Origin: the human T2T-CHM13v2.0 reference genome, Homo sapiens
NCBI RefSeq assembly: GCF_009914755.1
Contig: NC_060934.1
DNA: 64,000 nucleotides
Strand: one strand, 5' to 3'
Shown here one piece after another: positions 1 through 16,700 of this stretch. The notes below the pieces were generated by a model. That model was given only the letters and a program-made list of their open reading frames with translations. It was not told where the DNA came from and ran no database searches. The stretch's first letter is position 1. Each line of letters begins with the position of its first letter. The position numbers were made by a program, and so were the translations under genes.

Positions 1-1367
1 GATGGAGCCCAGGTCCAAGCCTCCACCCAGCTACAGGGAGAGAGGAAACTGGAGTTGGTGGGAAGCAAGACTCAGAGGCGGAAAGTTGCCCAAACACAGG
101 AAGACTGTTCAAAGGGTCCTGGTTGACCAGAAAACTTGACAATGGTTCATGACAGCAGCTTCTGTCTCAGTTTTTCATCTGCAACACAGGCCAGCCCTGC
201 TACCTCCTCAGGTAGTTCTAAGAAATTGTAATGTAAATTGCTAGAGTGCTCAAATGGCTTCTGAAATGGCTCTCAGAATGCTGAGGTGGGAGCACTACTC
301 TACTTTTTAGAAGAGAAGGAGGGAAAAGGGAGGAGGGGAGAAGGGGCTGGGGAGCCACAGCAGAAAGGCCTGAGGTCAGTGTGAGTATTGGAGCCACACT
401 CCCTGTGCTGCTCCCGTCCTCTGACCTGTAGTCGCTATGGCCTCTCCTAACAGCAGAAGCAACACGTGCTGTTACATGGTGTTCGCACATTTCGGGGGCA
501 GCCAGGCTTTTTGCATCCCAGCACATCCCTCATTTCAACTGATCCTAAGAAGGAGGAAATTATGTTCTTATTACACAGATGAGGGGTGCAGAGAGGCGTG
601 AGAGCTCTCAGATATTTGGCAGTTTGGATACATTAAAACTGGCTTATCCCTTCTGGAAAAAAAAGGATGAATACAACTTTGGTGATAGTGGACCCTTGCA
701 GAAGGCCTGCTAAGGTCAGAAAAAGAGGGATCTTTCCCTGCCTCTCTCGGAACCCATCCTGTCTCCATTCTCTATTGAGAAAGGCCAAAGCCATTGGCCA
801 AGACAAAGAGGTCTGCCGGACCAGGGTTCTGGGGGTCAGAGGCTACAGCATGAAGACAAAGGTATTTGGACCCTCCCCGGTGTAAGCTCACCGGGAAGCA
901 TTTCATCTCTTAGAACCGTCCCCCAGTTCTAGATTGTCCTTTATCTCCAGGGCCTCCTTTGGATTAGAAGCAGAAGCCCACCCCTTCCTCAGAAAGCCAG
1001 GAAGGGACTGGCTGGTGGCCCAGAGGAAAGGAGGCGCTACTCAAGTTGCTTAGGACAAGTAGAAGGGGTCCTTGCAACTCCAGTGACCCAGCCATTTTTG
1101 CTAGAGATGGGGACCAGAGAGGGACTGAGGACTGGACCTCAGCTGCAACAGGGTGACTTCTCTGAGGGGTGCTGTGCACTCCAAGGACAACAGAGATGCC
1201 TGAGGTTTCTTACGAGGGGACTATTTGTCAGATTCAGTGCTGGGCCCTTGCTTGGGCTTTTCTCATCTTAGCTCATCATCGAAGCTTCACGACTACCTGT
1301 AGGTCAGACGATCACTTTCATTTTAAAGATCAGAATCTGACACTCAGGAGACAGGGGCCATGCATGC

Positions 1368-1601
1368 CAGGAGCCACCCGGGCAGTAAGTGGCTGAGCAG
1401 GAATGGATGGCAAATGTGGCTGCTCCCAAGCTCATGACTCCCAGCCGCCATCCACTTCCTCCATTGATATTTTCCTGCGTCCTCAGCTCTGCCTCCACCT
1501 GCAGCTCAGTGCTCACTGTTGCTCCACCAGCTGCAATCTTAACTGTGCCCCAGCCACCAAGGCTGTCTCTGATGCAAGAGGGCACCGGCTGTGTCCTCTG
1601 G
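1368..1601 (+). repeat. Inverted duplication A, left arm
   Basis: Reverse-complement match to 2524-2757, ~78% identity by hand alignment; also visible as twin ORFs starting MAEQEWMA on opposite strands. Confidence 0.92.
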
Positions 1602-2523
1602 TTAATGCACTCTTGCCCCACCTGGGCCCTGGGACTCTCCTACCCCTACACCGTACAGATCTTGACATGTTAGTTGCCTGACACCTCAGTTCTCTTATCA
1701 GAAAATACTTAACCCAAAATGAGTAAGATGACGCGTGTGAAGCCCTTCTCCACTATCAGACACGCCATCAGTGCTCCATGCGTTCTGCTGCTGGTGTATT
1801 GTTGCTGTTTCTCTTAGCAGTTCTGTTTATCTGGCCTGTTTCAGCCTCACCAGCCAGAGGCAGATGTCAGAAAGCCCATCCCTACATCTCTAAGGCATGC
1901 GAGTGAACCGGGCAGCTGGGTGTTGTGAGGAAATCACATTTAAGCTTCTAGCTAATCTGTAAGTTATAAAGGTTAGAAAATAAAGAGAAAGAGAAAGAAA
2001 ATGTATATTTTTGTACCATGAGACAGACAGCCTTAGCAAAGTAGCAGGTTCTTTTCAAAGTGCTCTTTGAAAATAAGTTTCCTATTTTTAGCTTAATGAC
2101 ATTCCAGACTAGCCAAATGATTAAATATTGAAATAGGACCGGCGATCTTGAGTTTCATCCGGCTGATCAATTTAAGATGAGGCAGCAGAAGAAAATGCAA
2201 ATGTCAAATTACCAAATCCAAAAGAACTCCACGCTGAGCCTTGGCAAAATGTTACAGGAGGCCCACCGGGGCATTTTTATATTATTTTTGCCCTAGAGGT
2301 AACATGCAGGGGGAAAGGATCAGAATTCTCACCACCCAGTTCTTCCCTGAAGGCCAGCACTGCTGGGAAAGGTGGTTTATGTTGGCTAACAATGTACACA
2401 GTGCAAGATTCAGAGCAGTTGGGAGAAAAGCCAAGGAGCCTGAGGCATGGCTTCTGCCTGGGCTTCTTCCTATGAATCTGGAGCCAGTCCCAGCAGATTG
2501 GCTCTAGAAAACTCACCCAGCCT

Positions 2524-2757
2524 CCTGAGAAGGCAGTGGGTGCCCTCCCATGTCAGAGATGGTGCTGGTGGCTAGAGCACAGTTGAGGTTGCAGCTGATA
2601 GAGATGAGAATAAGCGCTGGTCTGAGGGTGGGGACAGAGTTGAGGCTGCAGGAAAACATCAAAGGAGGAAGTGGATGGTGGTTGAGGGGCATGAACTTGG
2701 AAGCAACCACACCTGCCATCCATTCTTGCTCAGCCACTTACTGCCCAGGTGGTTCTG
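2524..2757 (-). repeat. Inverted duplication A, right arm
   Basis: Reverse complement of 1368-1601. Confidence 0.92.
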
Positions 2758-3804
2758 TGTCTCTTCTGGGCTGTAAACACAATTGCTTTAGTCACTAGGA
2801 TTGATAGACAGGAAAAGCTAAGAAAACACCACCACCATGCCCCACATATAAAAACATTACAGCTATGATGTACAAGAAAAACAAAACCAGAAAAACCCCA
2901 AATGCCTGTGGAATAGGGAGCATTGCACTTAAAGGCATTACGGCATGCCTTTTCAGTGGAATTTCAGTGGAATTCCTTGCAAGAGAGATGGGAGAGGGAT
3001 TCTTTCCACTGAATACCTTTATATGCTGTTTGGGCTCGTTAAACATGTGTGTGTATCACCTTTTCAAAAAATAAAATATTATGAGATATTTAAAACTTTA
3101 AGATTACAAAACACAATCAAATAAGCTCAGAGACTGTTCTTTCTCAAATCTGCCTTCTGTTCATGATGCCCTTGCCCCAGCCTGCAGCTACACACTGTCA
3201 AAACCACAGATTTATTGGAGGAGCAGAATCTGCATGGTTCAAGAATCATATTACTCACATTGTGAAATTAACTTGCCAAAATAGTTACCCCAGCAGCCCC
3301 ATCTGGACACAGCTCTGTGGACCCAGCTGTCATATTTTCAAAATCAAGTCACATCCTTACTTAAATTGTTTCTGCATTACTCTTCTCCCGGCACCAAATA
3401 AACATTTTCCTGCTCCCCACACATGCATCTCTATGATTTGACCCTTAACGGCCTTCCTAATCCTCTTGCCATTTTCCCCCACTGTCCAGCACTGTGCTTA
3501 GTCAACATATATTCATTGAACAAATGACTGAAATTCACTATTTAGAGACTATTTTTCTCCAGCCACTGCTCTACATCTGTTCCATGAAACACACTTTCCA
3601 CACTCCCAAAACTTTGCACATGCTGATCCCTCAACTTCAGATGCCTTTCCAGGTCCTCTCTTCTCCACTCAGAAAATCCTCATTCACCTTTCAAAGCCTG
3701 GTGCCAGTGCTGCATCTCATGTGAGCCTTCCCCTTTTTCTTTCCATATAGTTGCAGCTCCATATTGAGCACAGGGCTGGGATGTGAGTGGGGGATTAGGT
3801 GGCA

Positions 3805-4180
3805 TGTGCTGGGGTCTTAACATTAGTGTACCAGACCCCCAATTCATACGTTGGAAACTAATGCCCAGTGTCATAGTGTTAACACGTGGAGCCCTTAGGA
3901 AGTGATGCCGACCCTCATAAATGGGATTGGTGCCCTTATAAAAGATTTTGAAGGAGGCGCCCCTATGCTTCTTCCTTCTGCCATGCGAGGAAGCAGCAAG
4001 AAGGTGCTGTCTATGAAGAACAGGCCCTCACCAGACACCAAAGCCGCTGGAGGCTTGATCTTGGACGTTACAAAGATCAAAGAATGTATTGCTCCAAAAC
4101 TGTAAGCAATAAATTCTATTGTTTAAAAATTGCCCAGTCTAAGGTATTTTGCTATGGCAGCCTGAATGGACTGAGGCCAC
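3805..4180 (+). mobile_element. MaLR solo LTR (MLT1A-like)
   Basis: Typical motifs GCCCTTATAAAAGA, CCCTCACCAGACACC, AATAAATTC and GTATTTTGCTATGGCAGCC. Confidence 0.7.
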
Positions 4181-5489
4181 ATGCAGGTAGGGTCTCAGAG
4201 ATCTGTGGCTCTGGATGACGAGGTCAACTTTTGCCTGCCCTCCACACCTTCAGCATTTCACCTGCTTGAACCATTGGTCATTTAACCAAAACCTCTGGAG
4301 CAAGGGGGAGTGTATTGTAAAGAAAGAGGTAAGGGGGGTGAGGAGGCCAATGATGATGACGGCAAGGATGAAGAAGGCATAGGTGATGGCGGTGAAGATG
4401 ATGAAAAGGATGAAGAAGGCAATGATGATGGTGGTGACATTAAGGAACCTGCCTTGGACAATTGCTGAAAATAGAGAAGATGGCAATGTCGGCAGTGAGG
4501 AGGACCACAGGAGATAGCTATGCTATAATGAAGGTGACAGTGACCATCCATGTCCTGCCAGTGAGAGCCACAGATTACAACCAAATACCTGTTTTTTTTT
4601 TAACGTGCCCCAGTTGTTGAATGACCAAATGCCTGGTTTGATGGTAGCTGTGACAGACCATGAGAGGGTAAGGGTGGGGGGAACATGAGTCCTTTTCTGT
4701 CCCGGAAAGAGATCACAGCTCAGCTCCACCTCTGCATAAACCTCCAAGCCCTTCTTTCTGCCATAGCCAGTTGAGTGGACACAGTGAATTGCAAGCCCAC
4801 TGGGGAGCAGCAGGAAAGTAACTCTCCCCCTAGACAAGGAAGTTAACCTGAAGTCCAAAAACTTCACATTCACATACACAAACCCACTGGGCTAATAGCC
4901 TGGGCAGGCCAGAGAGAAGAAACAAACAACATGGTGGCTTCTTTCCACAGACACAGTGGCCAGATCAGTGGGGAATGAGAGGGAGGAGGAGGAGAAGCTG
5001 GCCAAGGAGCCGGCCAAGCACTCCAGCTGTTAGCATAGTTCCAGAGGGAAACACAGCATTGGGATGACTTATGAAGGCCCGGCACACCAGATTATCTCTA
5101 AAGAGGGTTCAAGGCATCTCAGTAGGGCTGGTCTCAACACTTCCACTTTCCAGTTTTAGTCATCAGTCTGGAAGCTGCCCTTCATTACTTACTAATGCAG
5201 CCAAAATAATTTGTTGTTTGAATTGTGTCTGTGTCAGAATCTAGTAGAGAAGACAGAGGTGGACAGCATTGGGAATTAAGATCTGGCCCATGGCAGATGG
5301 CAGTGGGCATGGTCTGCCTGCCCCACTGCTGGTCCTCAGGGGCTGCAGCAATGAGGAGTCAGATCAGCTGCCCTGCTCCTCCTCACATGGTGTGTGGGGC
5401 ACTCCCAGCTGGCAGCCTCTTGAAATAGAAAGGAAACCCACTGGAAAAGACCCTGCAGCTTGTCTCTAGCATCTTGTCCTGGTTAGCGA

Positions 5490-6130
5490 CAGCATATCAT
5501 TCCATCCGTAAATACTTCCACATGTATCCCTAAAATCTCCCAGATAACTATCATGTCATAACTGATGCATGTGTCAGAGACCCTCACAACCTGCTCACAG
5601 TCCTGAGCCCTTCCAGAGAGGGGAGGCCTGCTGGCTAGAGCTGCACATCAGGGGTCTTCAGGGAAACTGTACATCTTGGGGCATACACAGAAACAAGAAC
5701 TTACAAGAATTCCATCTAGCATCAAATGTCCAGCCAATGTTTATATTTCCTTAGTTGCCTTATAAATTTTTTTTTTTTTCACAATTTGACTTGGGATCCA
5801 AGTAATGTTTGTGTATTAGGAATGGCGGGTGGCCACTCCATCTATACTTTTCCCCACTTACAATTTTTTTGTTGAAGAACCCATCCATGTCCTTAGTCCT
5901 ATAGGATTTCCTATTATCTGGATCTTGCTAATTTAATCCCAATGGATTCAATAACTTATTTTTCTGTTAAATCGATGGTTAGAGCTAGAGCCTTCATCAG
6001 GTTCAAGTTTGATTCTGTTTGGGTTTTCTTGGCAGGACCATTTTACTGCTAGCACTGTGTTCTTCCATCAGAGAGCATAAAATGTTGCTTCTCTCCCATT
6101 TTGTGATGTTAGGCATCAGTGGGAACCATT
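5490..6130 (-). mobile_element. Old L1M (L1MC-like) 3' fragments
   Basis: Degenerate resemblance to L1MC 3' UTR; boundaries uncertain. Confidence 0.4.
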
Positions 6131-7169
6131 TGTGCTGGTTTTAAAGGACAAGGCTGAGTTCATTGAGGAGATGAGGAGTAGGAGGAAGGGTGTTCCAGAG
6201 AAAGCTCAGAAAGAAAAGTGAATGACCCACCAGGGAAGACAAGAAGCTCTGCACAGTTGGAGCAGAAAGTGCCAGGCAACGGGCAAAAGCTCAGAGGGCC
6301 TGGCTGAAGAGACTCCAAAACTGGTGCTTTACGTGCAGGGAAAGATGGAGGAGATGAGTGGCTGTGGTTGTTACTCAGCCCCAGAAGAAGAGTGGGGAAG
6401 GCTCCTTGTTCAACCAGCTTTGCTGTTTTAGGGAGCAGTGGGCCATCCCTGCCCAGCTGCACCCAGCCAGGCCAACATCTGGACAGCTGGAGACAGGACC
6501 ACCTTCTCACCAGCCCAGGGTTCTTCTTTGCCTAAGACTGCCTTGGAAAGAGGTCAGTCCTCCCTCAAAAATACCTTGAATCTCTGAGTTTATCTTAGTT
6601 GGCTAGGGCTGGCATAACTAAGTACCATAGACGTGGTGGCTGCACTGAATGTAGCTGGCGGATGGTCAGCTGGACAGCTACGGGGCGAGGTACGGGCTGG
6701 TCGGAAGAGCAGGAGAGCTGAAGCTAGAACTCTGGCTCTAAATGTCCAGCTCTACCTTAGCTCTTGGCAAGCACTGTGGCCCTTGCAGTTTTCTCACCTT
6801 CTAAATGGGTATTACAAGACATTCCGTGTAAGACCTATACATGGCAAGACCTATACCTGACTCAAAAATTGTAAGACTCCAATGAGTATTCAGCATCAAG
6901 GGAATTGAAAAAATTAAAAAGTACTCCACAGCTACAAGGGATTATCATTATTGTATTACTGCATTTATATGACCATTACATAAGCAGGCAGTAATATAAT
7001 ACAGATGAAAACGATAGGCTTTAGAGAGAGATAAATATCACTTTCAGTCCCAGCTTCACCACTTATTTTAGCTCTATGACCTTGTGCATTTCTGCAACTT
7101 CTGTGCCTCAGTTTCTCACTGGTAAAATTGGTCTTATACTAACATAAGATTCATATTGCATATTTTAGA

Positions 7170-9790
<2,621 letters not shown>

Positions 9791-9799
9791 CAACAGGAA

Positions 9800-10034
9800 A
9801 TAAAATAATACTAAACATAATAATATAACCATAAAAAATAAAGAGCATGAGAGACATACCAGGCACAGTCAAAAGGTCTAACATGCATGTCATTACAGTA
9901 CTGGAAAGTGAAGAGGAAATGGGATACGAGCGAGATCTAAAGAGATGATGGCTGGAACTAGGCTCAAGTTGATGGAAGACATTAATCTAAAAGTCCAAGA
10001 AGCTTGACAATCCCCAAACGGAATTAAATACATT

Positions 10035-10076
<42 letters not shown>

Positions 10077-10450
10077 CTAAGCACATCATGGTAAAACTAC
10101 TGAAAATGAAAACAAAGAGAAAATGTTAAAAGGAACTAGGGGAAAAAACTTCCCATTACCTTCAAAGAAGGAAAAAATAACTGTGATGACTGACTCCCCA
10201 GCAGTAAACATGGAAGTCAAAGGCAATGGAATAATACCTTTAAAACATTGAAAGGTGGGGAGGGATCTAGTCATCTGGAATTTTATACCCAGTGAAAAAT
10301 CCCTCAAACATAAAGGGGAAATAGAACTGTTTTCAGACAAAGCAAAAGTTTAGAGAATTCAAGAAATACTAATGGAAGTTCTTCGGGCTATAACAAAATG
10401 ATCTCACATGGAGACATGGTATTGCAGGAAGAAATTAGAGGCAAAAGAAA
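9800..10450 (+). mobile_element. Old L1M ORF1 remnant containing (CA)n at 10037-10074
   Basis: A-rich sense L1 ORF1-like motifs (AAAAGGTCTAACAT, CAAGAAGCTTGACAATCCCCAAA, GGAATTTTATACCCAG). Confidence 0.65.
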
Positions 10451-10456
10451 AGGAGA

Positions 10457-12251
<1,795 letters not shown>

Positions 12252-12254
12252 GGT

Positions 12255-12490
12255 GAAAGTAATAAGAAAGGGGAAAAAAGATCTATCAGGAAAATATTCA
12301 TAAAAAGAGAGCTGGGTAGCTATATTAGTTTTAAACAAAATTAACTTTAAGACAAAAAAAATAGGGATAAAGAAGATCAGTGCATAATGGTAAGATAAAA
12401 ACTTCCCTGAGAAGAAATAACAATTCTGAACTTATATGCACCCAGTCATAAAGCCTCAACACATATAATAAAACAAAAATGGAAAGAATA
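12255..12490 (+). mobile_element. Old L1M ORF2 endonuclease remnant
   Basis: AGAGCTGGGTAGCTATATTA and ATAACAATTCTGAACTTATATGCACCCA match the ORF2 (K)AGVAIL and ILNIYAP regions. Confidence 0.7.
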
Positions 12491-12736
12491 AGACAGCATC
12501 CCTCAGTTTGGCAAAAGTTTTACTTATTTTAAATATGTGGGCTTGGCTGAAGGAGGTACAAGTTGCAATAACTTTGGAAAAGAATTGGTATTATTTAATA
12601 AAGCTGATGAAAAGCAAACCCTTCACCCTTTATTCCCATGCCTGGAGTCACTGCAAAGACACTATCCACCTTTGTGCAGGGGCAAGGAAAAGGGTGCTTG
12701 ATATATGGAAACATGAAAAATGCCTCAATGTCCCTT

Positions 12737-13786
12737 TTTAAAAAACTTTTAAGTTCAGGGGTACATGTGCAGGATATGCAGGTTTGTTACATAGGTAAGT
12801 GTGTGTCATGGAGGTTTGTTGTACAGGTTATTTCATCACCCAGGTGTTAAGCCTAGTATCCATTAGTTATTTTTCCCGATCCTCTCCCTCCTCCCACCCC
12901 CCACCCTCCAGTAGTCCCCAGTGTGTGTTGTTCCCTCTACGTGTCCATGTGTTCTCATCATTTAGTTCCCACTTCTAAGTGAGAACATATGGTATTTGGT
13001 TTTCTGTTCCTGCGTTAGTTTGCTAAGGATAATGGCCTCCAGCTGCACCCACGTCCCTGCAAAGGACATGATCTCATTCTTTTTTATGGCTACATAGTAT
13101 TCCATGGTATATATGTACCACATTTTCTTTATCCAGTTTATCATTGATGGGCATCTAGGTTGATTCCATGTCTTTGCTATTGTGAATTGTGCTGCAATGA
13201 ACATACCTGTGCATGTGCCTTTATAATAGAACGATTTATATTCATTTGGGTATATACCCAGTATTGTGATTGGTGGGTCAAGGAATTGCAATAAACTAGG
13301 TATTGAAGAAACATGCTTCAAAATAATAAGAGCTATATGTGACAAACCCACAGCCAATATCATACTGAATGGGCTAAAGCTGGAAGCATTCCTCTTAAAA
13401 ACTGGCACAAGACAAGGATGCCCTCTCTCACCACTCCTATTCAACATAATATTGGAAGTTCTGGGCAAGGCAATCAGGCAAGAGAAAGAAATAAAGGGCA
13501 TTCAAATAGGAAAAGTGGAAGTCAAATTATCCCTGTTTGCAGATGACATAATCCTATATCTAGAAAACCCCATAGACTCAACCCCAAAGCTTCTTAAGCT
13601 GATAAACAACTTCAGCAAAGTCACAGGATACAAAATCAAGGTGCAAAAATTGCTAGCATTCGTATACACCAACAGTATTCAAGCCTAGAGCTGAATCACA
13701 AACAAACTTTCATTCACAACTGCCACAAAAAGAATAAAATGCCGAGGAATACAGCTAAAAAGGGAAGTACTCTACAAGGAGAACTA
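12737..13786 (-). mobile_element. L1PA-type element with 5' inversion
   Basis: 12737-13281 is the antisense L1 3' end; 13289-13786 is sense ORF2 RT ([20 protein letters not shown]); TSD-like GTCCCTT ends at 12736 and 13796. Confidence 0.9.
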
Positions 13787-16700
13787 AGCGTCCCTTGATG
13801 GGAGAGTGTATCAGCTATGGAATATTCATATGACTGGATCACACACAGCAGCTAAAATGAATGGAGTTGCATGTCAGGTTGTGGATGAATCTCAAAATTG
13901 TAATGTTGAACAGCAACCGAAAGCTATAATTGTTTATTATGCCACTTTAACAAATAACATTTCCGGATAATGTTTCCTTCGACTGATGGCACAAAGATGC
14001 TTGGCTTCCTAGGTGGTGTGACTCAGGGCCCTGGCATGTGGCTGCACATCCAATCTTACTACATCTTACCAGTGTGTCCCTTGGAGACAGGATGCCACCC
14101 AGCAGTGTGCCCACTCTCTTAGGAGTGAAGTGAACACAGCAGCCTGGGAAGTAGGCACTTCTAGGGGAGAAGTACATTCTTGGAGAAATTCCCCTTAGGA
14201 GACTCATAGAGAAGTCTCAGGAAGAGAGTTTTAATCACCTGGTGCTACCACCTGTGTTCTGCAGTTAGAGAAATGAAGGCTTGGGGAGGGGCAGGACCTC
14301 CCAGCATTGGAGTTTGTATGTCTTCAGGTCTGTGGGCAGCACGTGTGGATGCTCATCACCAGGCAAGGTGGTCATGTTCTGTGACGTATTCTGTGCTCTG
14401 TGAGCAGAGGAGCTCCTTACTGTAAACAAAGCAGAGTCAGCAATGTGACAGCTGTCTCTGCGGGGTAAGGAGATGGGGGTGAATTATCTCCTTACCGCGG
14501 GGCTGGGGTATTCAGGAAAGATAGAGCACCCTTGAGCTAAGGAGTTTGTCAGGAGAGGAAGGCAGAGGAGGGAGAAGAGGGAGCAGTGTGCCAGGTAGAG
14601 GGAACCAGACGAGCATGACCTGGAGGCAGGAAGCTGTCTGCACATCCATCTTGAGATGAGGAGGGCATAAGGAGCAGGGCAAGGAAGGTCAGCAGATTCA
14701 GGACCTTGGTGTCCCATCACTGTCCCCTCATGGAGTCACAGAGGGCAGAAAGGGTTCTAGGTGTGTTTCTGCCTCCCTAGAGTTTGGAAGGGGGTGGGCA
14801 GTCTCATCCCTGATTGTCAATGGGGCAGGGACATCTGTGATCCAGGCTCTCCCATAGCTCACCCTTTCTTTGACCCCACAGCTCTGGGTACGACAGCCAG
14901 GGGACCCTGCTGAAATGGTGAAGGAGTTCCACTGGGGTGGGGCTGGGGGGTCAGACAACCAAGCTGAAAACACAGCTCAGGGTGAGGAGTCTGTGTCGCC
15001 TGCCGCCCACTCAAGGAAGGTGTTTCAAACCAAGACTGATCAAGCAGCAGGAACTGCAAGGTCTCCCTGAGGGATCACAGGAAGGTGCCGGGCTGGCAAG
15101 GGGGCACCTGAAGAGATATTGTCACCTCAGATGGCAGAATCTGGAAGAACATGACAGGAAAATCTCAGAGGAAGCAAATGCTGCACTGTGCTGTCTCAGA
15201 AGGGCCCACAGTTTCTCTGGACCTTAGGAATTCCGGGGGACATTGACCAACAGGGCTTGGCTCAGTTGTCGCCGGCTCAGTCATGATGATATTTGGCTGA
15301 ACCCCATCCACTAAAACCCCACTGTGTGTCAACCCTGTCAGGCCTGGGTGCATGTGTGGGCTCAGAATGGGCTCACTTTGCCCTTCTGCCAAGAAGCCCA
15401 AGAACTAAGTTGATTCCTCACCGTTGACATTTAACTGGAGTTTCAGTGAGTTGACAGTCTGATGTGCCAAAGGGACCAGAGTTTCCGAGAGTAGATATAT
15501 AACTGATGGAGGCTTCTTGGTAGATTCTTCAGAGCCACAAAAAAGGTCAGCTATGACAGCTCAGCCCTGGTGTTTCCCCAAACAGGAAGGCATTCAAAAG
15601 TTTCTTCCTCGATCCGTGGGTCTCAAGCTTGCAGTCCACCACCAACCCACCAACACTCCCTCAGGCTAGGACAATAGTACCAACTGTTCATGGTGACAGT
15701 CCCCCTCAACAAGGAGGAGATGGGGATTGGAGGGGGATGGGGAGAGTGGACAGGGAGGAGAGGAACATCCTGGTGGTCATCACTGCCCTAAAGCCCCCTT
15801 TCTGCCACCTTGCTTTTGAAAGTGAAGCTACCAGGGAATGGACACTCCTTGCCCTTGAACCCTGGGCTTTCTCTGCATATCCTCTCCCCATTGAGATGAG
15901 ACAATTATCTCCATTTTACAGATGAACACACTGAGGTCCAGCGAGTTTGTATGGCTTGGCCAAAGTCACATAGTAAGTGAGTAGTGGAGCTGCTTTCACA
16001 ACCTCATGGATCGAAATCCAAAGCCCTTTCTACCGCTACTGGTGGCACCTACATCACATACAAAGTGGATGTTGCATCAATCTAGTGATGAGTGCAAGGA
16101 AGTGCACGTGCCAGTCGCCCTCAAAGGGGCTTACAGCACATCTTAAAAGAGAGGAGAATTAGTAGCAATTGCATGTTATGGTGCATCCGAGTCCCCACAT
16201 AAAGTTGCATGGGAGAAGGGATAAGGGATAGACATGGTGCCCACATCAGTATTTAGGGAGGGGCAGATGGCAGTTAGGGAAGGCCAGTGCTACTCCTGCA
16301 TCTGTCATACTTAGCTAGGTTTCCCTCTAGGATAGGGATCAGCTCCCATATGTGTCTGTGTTCCTGGCACCCATCATAGTGCCTGGCACAGAGCAGGTGT
16401 TCAGGGAGCATCAGGTGAAGTAGGGAACATACAAATGTCTTGGTGGAAGGGAAGCACTCCCATTTAATTTACTGTAATTTACTGAGAAGGCTTTTGCTAT
16501 AATTATTTGTGGCTTCTTTGCAAAGTGGAAATAATAATAATACTACCACATTCTTGATCTTTGTGACTCAAAGGGGACCAAAAAAAAGAAAAAAAGAAGA
16601 AGAAGAAGAAAAAGAAGAAAGTATTGTCACTGTTCAGCCTTTTCAAGATGAGTCACCCAGCAGATATGCTGACTCTAGGTGACCTCTACCGGCAGCATAT

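Noticed and set aside
1389-2737. Twin MAEQEWMA peptides as a duplicated small gene (likewise KNRI.QFS.PQKNG at 19845 and 21626)
   Set aside because: Similarity is explained by the DNA inverted duplications and stops at indels; no splice or promoter support.
4335-4440. Acidic Asp/Glu/Gly-coding-like stretch
   Set aside because: Degenerate (GAT/GAA)n low-complexity sequence with a 16-bp internal repeat; no flanking coding homology recognised.
12962-13688. ORFs with reverse-transcriptase-like motifs
   Set aside because: Fragments of a dead L1PA; the 179-aa minus ORF is a chimera across the inversion junction.
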